64,000 bases of DNA from Nitrospira sp. Its GTDB lineage: Bacteria; Nitrospirota; Nitrospiria; Nitrospirales; Nitrospiraceae. The position numbers were made by a program, and so were the translations under genes. Position 1 is the first letter of the stretch. Each line of letters opens with the position of its first letter. Shown here piece after piece: positions 57,266-64,000 of the stretch. The DNA lies in NCBI GenBank assembly GCA_047150005.1, contig AP038806.1:1952001-2016000 (forward strand), written 5' to 3'. Below the pieces are notes generated by a model that had not been told where the DNA came from, ran no database searches, and worked only from the letters and a program-made list of their open reading frames with translations.

Positions 57266-58138
57266 TCAGGTGGGAGCCGCGTGTTCTTCGTCGAGCCAGG
57301 CATCCTCGTTGCCGCCGCCCTCCTGACTCGAGTCCAGAGAAAAGAAGTCAAACAATCCTCTATCCAGCAGCAGCGAGGGAGCGACGTTCGACAGGGCCGC
57401 GAACATGCTGTCCGTACACCCCGGGATGCGCTGTTCCCAGTTGCGAAGGAACTCTTTGACCTCCTTGCGCTTGAGGTTCGGTTGGGAGCCGCAGAGGTCG
57501 CAAGGAATGATCGGAAAGCCGCGTAGCTCGGCGTAACGAGCTAGGTCGGTTTCTCGCACCGCCGCCAAAGGCCGAATAATCAAGTGTCTCTTGTCCTTTG
57601 ACCGCAATTTCGGCGGCATGGTCTTGAGCTTTCCTGTAAACAGTAGATTGAGCAGCAGGGTTTCAAGAATGTCATCCCGATGATGGCCAAGGGCGATCTT
57701 GGTGGCACCCACCTCCCCCGCGATACGATAGAGATGACCTCGGCGGAGTCGTGAGCAGAGAGAGCAGGTCGTCTGGCCCTCCGGAATCAAACGCTTCACG
57801 ATCGAATAGGTGTCCCGCGTCTCAATATGAAACGGTATCCCTACAGACGTTAAATACTCGGGCAATACGTGGGCCGGGAACCCGGGCTGTTTTTGATCTA
57901 AGTTGACGGCAATCAGGTTGAATCGAATCGGAGCTTTCTTCTGCAGAGCGAGCAGCAGGTCCAGCAGACCATAACTGTCCTTCCCCCCTGATAGACACAC
58001 CATGATCCGGTCGCCTGCTTCGATCAAACCATAGTCGACGATAGTTTGGCCGACCTGACGCAGCAAGTGAATCTGAAGTCGTTCAGTGGCTTCGTCGAGC
58101 TTGGGTGTGGAGAGCACACGATGAGGCGATCGCGACAT
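57266..58138 (-). CDS. ttcA: tRNA 2-thiocytidine(32) synthetase
   Basis: [35 protein letters not shown]. Confidence 0.95.
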   Translation of the reverse strand: MSRSPHRVLSTPKLDEATERLQIHLLRQVGQTIVDYGLIEAGDRIMVCLSGGKDSYGLLDLLLALQKKAPIRFNLIAVNLDQKQPGFPAHVLPEYLTSVGIPFHIETRDTYSIVKRLIPEGQTTCSLCSRLRRGHLYRIAGEVGATKIALGHHRDDILETLLLNLLFTGKLKTMPPKLRSKDKRHLIIRPLAAVRETDLARYAELRGFPIIPCDLCGSQPNLKRKEVKEFLRNWEQRIPGCTDSMFAALSNVAPSLLLDRGLFDFFSLDSSQEGGGNEDAWLDEEHAAPT

Positions 58139-58480
58139 GGTTCCGCATTGTACAAGCTCGATCGTTTATCTGTCGATCTGCCAGAGCGCGACCGGTACCG
58201 TTCTGCGATTCACCGCGGCGGCTCATTCCGCGCGTCTGATTGCAAGCAGCACCGCAGGACATCAAGACTTGCGAGTCAGAGCGGTCACCACCGTGCGTAA
58301 GTCGTCCCTTGCTGCAATGAATCTGAGGCAACTACAGCTGCGAAACCCCGCAGTTCTTTCTTGGACGCCAGCGACAAATTTTTACCAGTGACCACAAACG
58401 GTCGGGCCGATTAAGCGACGCGATGGCCAGGCTGGGCCTGGTATATTGTACTTGTCGCCTATACGATCAGCGGAGTTGGG

Positions 58481-59542
58481 ATGCCGAAGATCGAATCACA
58501 GGAAAACCTCCATCAAGATTCCGATCGCCTAGAGCCTCTGTGGGCGACATGGGGAGATGAGCAACTCCTCGATCTGCCGATCCGGCGGCTCGGCGTCAGT
58601 CTTCATAGCCCCTTCTTGACCACACAGATCGAACGCCTGCATCAGGAACTCGAGGCTAAGCGCCTGCGATTTCGACCACATTTTTGGCTGTCGAACGAAT
58701 GGTTTACGCCAGATGGGGTGCCGGGAATCGCTCTTCCGTTCTATCTGGCCCATCCGCGATTGGTCAAACTTGAGTTGGCCCAGATGCTGGAGGTCGAAGG
58801 CGGTACGCCTGAATGGTGCATGAGAATCCTTCGTCATGAAGCGGGACATGCCATCGAAAATGCCTACTGTATCAGGAGGCTTCATAGCCGCCAGCGCATT
58901 TTTGGACGGTCTTCGGAACCATACCCGAAATACTACAGTCCTCGTCCCTACAGTCGGAGTTACGTACGCCATCTGGACCTATGGTATGCGCAAAGCCATC
59001 CAGATGAAGACTTCGCGGAGACATTCGCGGTCTGGTTGACTCCGGACTCGATGTGGGCCGACCGGTACAAGGGGTGGCCCGTGCTGCGCAAGCTTCAATA
59101 CATGGACGGTCTCATGCGGGACCTTGTGGGTGTCGAACCCAAGGTCGTGACGACGGAGACGGTTGATCCGCTGCATTCCCTCAAGCGAACACTGCGGGAA
59201 CATTATGACCGCAAGCGAGCCCATTATGGTATCGAGCGGCCGTCGTTCTACGATCCGGATCTGAAGCGACTATTTTCCGAGGTTCCCCTGCACGCCGATC
59301 GAATGAGCGCAGCCGCCTTCTTGAAACGGTTTCGCCGGGAGGTGCGCCGCAAAGTCGCGGGATGGACCGGTGAGTATCAGTACACAATCGATCAGGTCCT
59401 TGAAGACATGATCTGTCGTTGCCAGCAGCTGCGGCTGAAAGTTCCGGTCCCGGAGGAACAGGTCAAGCTGGATTTTACGATTCTGCTGACCGTGCATACG
59501 ATGAACTACCTGCGAAGCGGACGCCACAAGGTGGCCGTATGA
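58481..59542 (+). CDS. Putative zinc-binding metallopeptidase (zincin)
   Basis: LRHEAGH (HExxH) and YAQSHPDEDFAETF. Confidence 0.8.
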   Translation: MPKIESQENLHQDSDRLEPLWATWGDEQLLDLPIRRLGVSLHSPFLTTQIERLHQELEAKRLRFRPHFWLSNEWFTPDGVPGIALPFYLAHPRLVKLELAQMLEVEGGTPEWCMRILRHEAGHAIENAYCIRRLHSRQRIFGRSSEPYPKYYSPRPYSRSYVRHLDLWYAQSHPDEDFAETFAVWLTPDSMWADRYKGWPVLRKLQYMDGLMRDLVGVEPKVVTTETVDPLHSLKRTLREHYDRKRAHYGIERPSFYDPDLKRLFSEVPLHADRMSAAAFLKRFRREVRRKVAGWTGEYQYTIDQVLEDMICRCQQLRLKVPVPEEQVKLDFTILLTVHTMNYLRSGRHKVAV

Positions 59543-60561
59543 AGCGACTCAGGATACTGGTGCTGATGCATGAAGACTTGGTCCCTCCGGATCATCTGAG
59601 CGGACAGGACTTGAAGGAAATGCAATGGAAGACGGAATACGATGTCGTGAGTACGCTCCGAAAGCTCGGCCACGACGTAAGACCGTTGGGCGTCAAGAGT
59701 GATTTGGGTGTCATTCGGGCTGCGGTCGAGAAATGGAAACCGCAGATCGCGTTCAACCTTCTGGAGGAATTCGATGGGGTGGCGGTCTATGACCAGAACG
59801 TCGTCTCGTATCTTGAGCTCCTCCGGGTTCCTTACACCGGATGCAACCCTCGCGGATTGATGCTCGCCCGGGACAAAGTCTTGTCGAAGAAACTGTTCTC
59901 ATTCCATCGTATTCCATTCCCTGATTTTATGATGGTGCCGCTGGGGCGCGCCGTGAAGCGGCCGACCTGGTTGTCGTTCCCGCTCATTGTGAAGTCGGTC
60001 ACCGAGGAGGCTTCCCTTGGTATTTCTCAGGCTTCTATTGTGGAGGACGACGAGAAACTCAAGGAGCGGGTGGCCTTTGTTCACCAGAGTCTTGAGACGG
60101 GAGCGCTGATCGAACGGTACATCGAAGGGCGGGAATTGTACGTCGGTGTCGTGGGAAACGGACATCTTCACGCATTTCCGGTATGGGAACTCAGAATGGA
60201 CAAACTTCCGGATGAGGCGCGTCGGATTGCGACCGAACGTGTCAAGTGGAGCCGCAAGTATCAGGAGAAGTACGGGATCACATCCAAGGAAGCCAGAAAC
60301 TTGCCGGACGGGAAGGCGGCGGAAATCCAGCACCTCGCGAAGCGAGTTTATCGTGCGTTAGGGCTCAGCGGCTATGCGCGCATCGACATGCGGATGGACG
60401 AAACCGGGCGATTGTACGTGCTGGAGGCCAATCCGAACCCCCAAATTGCACAAGACGAAGATTTCGCTAATTCAGCCGGCAAGGCTGACTATCAGTACAA
60501 AGAACTTCTGCAGGAATTGCTCGGCGTCGGACTTCGCTGGCAGCCCGCCAAGGCGGCCTAG
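59539..60561 (+). CDS. D-Ala-D-Ala ligase-like ATP-grasp protein
   Basis: PYTG, DKVLSK, PLIVK, EEASLGI, ERYIEGRE, GYARIDMR, LEANPNP; lacks the Ddl N-terminal GGxSxEH motif. Confidence 0.85.
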   Translation: MKRLRILVLMHEDLVPPDHLSGQDLKEMQWKTEYDVVSTLRKLGHDVRPLGVKSDLGVIRAAVEKWKPQIAFNLLEEFDGVAVYDQNVVSYLELLRVPYTGCNPRGLMLARDKVLSKKLFSFHRIPFPDFMMVPLGRAVKRPTWLSFPLIVKSVTEEASLGISQASIVEDDEKLKERVAFVHQSLETGALIERYIEGRELYVGVVGNGHLHAFPVWELRMDKLPDEARRIATERVKWSRKYQEKYGITSKEARNLPDGKAAEIQHLAKRVYRALGLSGYARIDMRMDETGRLYVLEANPNPQIAQDEDFANSAGKADYQYKELLQELLGVGLRWQPAKAA

Positions 60562-60673
60562 ATCTCGCCCATCTCACTCTGTCCCGCCAGCCGCTGTGGA
60601 AATGGTCTCTCGTCGGGGTTAACAGCATCATCAGCCCCACGAAACAATCCGGATCTCGTCGTCATAGACCGAG

Positions 60674-60847
60674 TTACAACCGAACGTAAAGACGGTGTCG
60701 CTGATGGTCCGGCGGTAAATCCGAGACCGCTTCGAAACTCCACCGGTGTTCATCGGCAAGGGCCGCCAGGCTGGCAATCATCGAACTGGTGCGGATCACA
60801 GCCGCGGCCACAGCTCGAGCGTAAAATGGGGAGAGAAATCGGCGCAT
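60674..60847 (-). other. Possible short ORF or gene remnant (57 aa)
   Basis: MRRFLSPFYARAVAAAVIRT..LPPDHQRHRLYVRL reads protein-like; in-frame stop just upstream; no SD. Confidence 0.25.
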
Positions 60848-60969
60848 GCCGCACGGCACGCCAACCGAGGGAGGTTATGCCAACAAGTTGCTTGAGCGGG
60901 AAAACAGGCTGAGTTATTCTCGCGCCTCAACTTGACCACCGTGTGACGCCGGGAGCAGGAGCACAGTCC

Positions 60970-61446
60970 ATGACGCCCAACGAAGCGGCAGCAGCGCTGA
61001 TCGGCGCATTACCGAAGAGCATATCTCCGTCGAATCTAGAAGAATACGGGATCGACGCCACAGTGGAGCGAGCACAGCAGGTTTCCTGTGAGCTGTTGTG
61101 TCTGAACCTGTTCTGGATCTCCGCAGCGGTCGAGGCCCACATCCCGCGAAAATACCAGCAGCTTGTACGGGAACTCGTTCTCCAGTCGGTGGAATCATGG
61201 TGGGCGACGGCTCCTCCCTTTGGTCCCATCACCTGGATGTCTTTCCTTGCAGAATGGGAGGATCGGGCGCGGCGCTATGACCAGGTTATGCAACAGGCGG
61301 GGAACACGATGGCCGTTCATACAGAAGCCGCCATCTATTTGGAGGAGCAGCGGATTGTGAGCGAAGACGAGCGCGGACGACTTCTCGCTCTTGTCATGGA
61401 TTCAGTGCCCGTCGATGTCTATGGCCATGTGCTGCAGAACATCTGA
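60970..61446 (+). CDS. Hypothetical helical protein
   Basis: SD AGGAG before ATG 60970. Confidence 0.7.
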   Translation: MTPNEAAAALIGALPKSISPSNLEEYGIDATVERAQQVSCELLCLNLFWISAAVEAHIPRKYQQLVRELVLQSVESWWATAPPFGPITWMSFLAEWEDRARRYDQVMQQAGNTMAVHTEAAIYLEEQRIVSEDERGRLLALVMDSVPVDVYGHVLQNI

Positions 61447-61460
61447 AAGGGCCGCAGGTG

Positions 61461-62066
61461 CTATAGGTAGCGGTGGCTCACGACCTTTCCGTTGCCGTCG
61501 AGTTCGTAGAGCAAGGGAGCTCCTGTCGGAATATTGAGTTCCAGCACCTGCGCCCGCGACAGCTGCTCCAGTTCCATGACCAGGGCTCGCAGACTATTTC
61601 CGTGGGCGGCGATGAGGATCGTTTCCCCTTTCAAGACGTGGGGCTTGATCGTCTTTTCATAGTACGGCAGCACCCGTTCGGCGGTATCCTTCAGGCTTTC
61701 TCCGCCGGGCGGACGGACATCATAGCTGCGCCGCCAAATTTTCACCTGCTCATCACCGTATTTCTTCGCTGTCTCTGCTTTATTCAACCCCTGTAGATCA
61801 CCGTACATTCGCTCGTTCAGCGCTTTGTCCTTTTGAATGGGAATCTGCGTCTGACCGGTGGTTTCAAGCGCGAGCCGTAATGTTTCGTTGGCTCTCGTCA
61901 GCACCGAAGTGAATGCACGGTCGAAGGTGAAACCCCGGAGTTTCTCGCCGGCGTTCTTGGCTTCTTGGATTCCGCGTTCCGATAACGGGACGTCGACCCA
62001 TCCCGTAAAGCGATTTTCGAGATTCCACTGCGATTCTCCGTGCCGCAGCAATATCAACCGCGCCAT
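61461..62066 (-). CDS. gpmA: 2,3-bisphosphoglycerate-dependent phosphoglycerate mutase
   Basis: [46 protein letters not shown]. Confidence 0.96.
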   Translation of the reverse strand: MARLILLRHGESQWNLENRFTGWVDVPLSERGIQEAKNAGEKLRGFTFDRAFTSVLTRANETLRLALETTGQTQIPIQKDKALNERMYGDLQGLNKAETAKKYGDEQVKIWRRSYDVRPPGGESLKDTAERVLPYYEKTIKPHVLKGETILIAAHGNSLRALVMELEQLSRAQVLELNIPTGAPLLYELDGNGKVVSHRYL

Positions 62067-62211
62067 TGCCGTACTCCTCAGATCAAAGTCAACGTTCGTT
62101 GCCGAAAGCCACACAAGAATACTGAATCGCGACTTCAAGTCAAGCATTGCTTTCACAGAGGCACGGCAGTACCATGCCGCTCGTTCGCCTCAAGAAGAGT
62201 CGGCTTCCGGC

Positions 62212-63036
62212 ATGAATTCCACACATTTGCCTGACGGTAACCCCGATCACCTCGAGACCTGGTGGGTCACAATGGCCGAGCGACTATGCGTGGCAGACCG
62301 TGCCCGGGTGTTCTTCAGCGGCATCAAGGCCGGCCACCTGCTGCAGCGGATTGAACAGGTCGGCGGGAAGGTTGAATACGTCCTTTTCGTCTTGGTGCGC
62401 TATTGGGTACCGACGGTGTTGCCGCCACCTGGTCGGGAGCGGCTCACCAAGAACGATCCGGACTACTGGCTGGAGTCAGAGCAGATCCTGAAAACCGCGG
62501 CCGCGCGGCTTCGCGAACTCAAACCGATCATCGAGCTTCTGACGATGCCCGGCCATCAGATTGATCCCGCCGCGGTGAGCCACGCCAGTCCGTCGGCGAT
62601 CATGGAGTTGGAGCTTGCCAACGTGGTCGAAGGGCTGGGTGAGGCCGCTGGGACCTACGGAGGACCGGACTATACGTCGATCGTCAAAGCGTTCGATCCC
62701 GTGCCTCTCAGGCAGACTCAGCCGTTCAAGCACAACAAGAAACACAGCGCGGAGCTGTGGGTGGTCTTCCTGCTCCGCGAACATTTCCGAAGCCTCGGCT
62801 TGGGGAAAGATCGCTACTGGCCTCTGATTGCGCCTCTATGCACCGCGGCCGGCATCTTGAACCCGAACGGGCAGGCGTACGGTCCGGACGAGCTCAAGTC
62901 ATGGTGGCAGAAAAATTGGCCCCGAACCTATACGCAATTGGAGCAGAAACAGGAAGCGGCGGATTCGGGCGGAGCGGCCTATGAACAGGATCTTGTCTGG
63001 TTTCAGGGATGGATGGGCTGGCAACGACGACGATGA
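62212..63036 (+). CDS. Hypothetical protein
   Basis: Long ORF filling the gap between divergent gpmA and the convergent downstream gene; start at ATG 62212. Confidence 0.7.
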   Translation: MNSTHLPDGNPDHLETWWVTMAERLCVADRARVFFSGIKAGHLLQRIEQVGGKVEYVLFVLVRYWVPTVLPPPGRERLTKNDPDYWLESEQILKTAAARLRELKPIIELLTMPGHQIDPAAVSHASPSAIMELELANVVEGLGEAAGTYGGPDYTSIVKAFDPVPLRQTQPFKHNKKHSAELWVVFLLREHFRSLGLGKDRYWPLIAPLCTAAGILNPNGQAYGPDELKSWWQKNWPRTYTQLEQKQEAADSGGAAYEQDLVWFQGWMGWQRRR

Positions 63037-63051
63037 TCGAGTCGTCGGCCC

Positions 63052-63696
63052 TCAGGCTTCAATCAGCGCCGCCGGTTGAGCCGGCTTGGCAGGATGACGG
63101 TCTTTGTCCGAGAGTTCCTCCTGAGCCATCTTGAACATGACCAACAGAAAGAGCATGTAGAAGGCGATGCCGACCCAGATCACGTAAGGCTGCACGCCGC
63201 CGGCCTCTCGGATCGCCCGTTCGCGCTTTGCCGGATCCTCTCCGCTCCTGCGCTTGATCTCACCGATCTGCTCGCGACAATGCCAATAATAGACGTAATT
63301 GCCCGTCGCGCCAGCCATGATGCTCCAGACGATGCCGACCGTGACGTCGCCGGTCAGATAGGTGGACACCATGGGGCCGATCGCGTAGACCATCGCATAG
63401 AGGTACATCTTTCTGTACAGGAACCAGAGGAAGGAAATGAACAGAAAGGCCGGCCAATTCCACGTCAGAGCGAACTGGGGTGCCTGCGCCGATCCGAATT
63501 TCTTGAATTGCTCCAGATACCAGTCTGAGTGGGGGCCGATGAAAGCCCTCAACAGGTCGAGGTCCGTGAGGGGCGTGCCATCAGGCGAAGAGAAAGCCGG
63601 TTGAGCCTCGACGATCGAAGAGAGATTCGCTCCGCACTGATAGCAATATTTGGAATCGTCCTGGTTCTGTTGGGTGCACTGAGGACAGGGTTGCAT
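63052..63696 (-). CDS. Zn-ribbon + DUF2628-like membrane protein
   Basis: CPQC..CYQCG; WNWPAFL..WFLYRKMY; GNYVYY; several TMs. Confidence 0.8.
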   Translation of the reverse strand: MQPCPQCTQQNQDDSKYCYQCGANLSSIVEAQPAFSSPDGTPLTDLDLLRAFIGPHSDWYLEQFKKFGSAQAPQFALTWNWPAFLFISFLWFLYRKMYLYAMVYAIGPMVSTYLTGDVTVGIVWSIMAGATGNYVYYWHCREQIGEIKRRSGEDPAKRERAIREAGGVQPYVIWVGIAFYMLFLLVMFKMAQEELSDKDRHPAKPAQPAALIEA

Positions 63697-63805
63697 CGCT
63701 TCTGAGACTATCACATCGGGAGACCGGCTGGGAGAGAGCCTTCACGGTTGCTTTCAGGGGCGTCCTATGCTAGCGTCCCTTTCTTTACAAGGGGATACGA
63801 CTGTC

Positions 63806-64000
63806 ATGCCCACGGAGGAACTCAAGAACGCGTCCGATCAGATCTTGATGGGCACATACACCCGTCAGCCGATTTCGATCGTGAGAGGCCGAGGGATCAA
63901 GGTCTACGACCTCGAGGGGCGGGAATACACGGACTTCGTTGCCGGGGTGGCCGTCAATGTACTCGGCCATAGCCATCCGGATCTGGTCGCCGCCATCCAG
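63806..64000 (+). CDS. argD: Acetylornithine aminotransferase, 5' part (runs off the window)
   Basis: MPTEELK..TYTRQPISIVRGRGIKVYDLEGREYTDFVAGVAVNVLGHSHP, a class-III aminotransferase N-terminus; absent from the ORF track. Confidence 0.85.
   Translation, partial: MPTEELKNASDQILMGTYTRQPISIVRGRGIKVYDLEGREYTDFVAGVAVNVLGHSHPDLVAAIQ

Noticed and set aside
59539..60561. Calling the ATP-grasp gene ddl or vanA
   Set aside because: Lacks the N-terminal Ddl signature and any cell-wall or van gene context

Overview
GC-rich bacterial chromosomal window. Gene order and content suggest Nitrospira/Nitrospirota; this is an inference, not a database result. Positions ~1-32.7 kb are mostly housekeeping: cysD-cysNC, an Mrp/PCP_red/His-rich membrane protein operon, yebC-ruvA-(Cys-rich protein)-ruvB, pheA-hisC-aroF-tyrA-aroA-cmk-plsC-rpsA-sppA-ihfB, dac, gdhA-lipB-htrA, an extra sigma-70 factor, trmI, aroE-aroK and tRNA-Arg(UCG). 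Positions ~33-54 kb hold the most striking locus. It has a Cache-type sensor kinase, an intact sigma-54 activator, and a paralogous activator lacking GAFTGA, one arginine finger and the HTH. Two paralogous modules follow, each built on a ~1,580-aa secreted multicopper oxidase with the permuted MnxG-type copper-motif order, plus a cupredoxin-like protein and a small exported protein. A palindrome TGGGRC-N6-GYCCCA and GG-N10-GC sigma-54 promoters precede the degenerate activator and both oxidases, so a complete candidate regulon with feedback can be read from the DNA. Positions ~54-64 kb carry a small unannotated membrane ORF, pal, a PilZ protein, msrA, ttcA, a zincin plus ATP-grasp pair, gpmA, hypotheticals and the start of argD. 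No CRISPR array, integrase or transposase was seen. All product calls come from motif recognition by eye.
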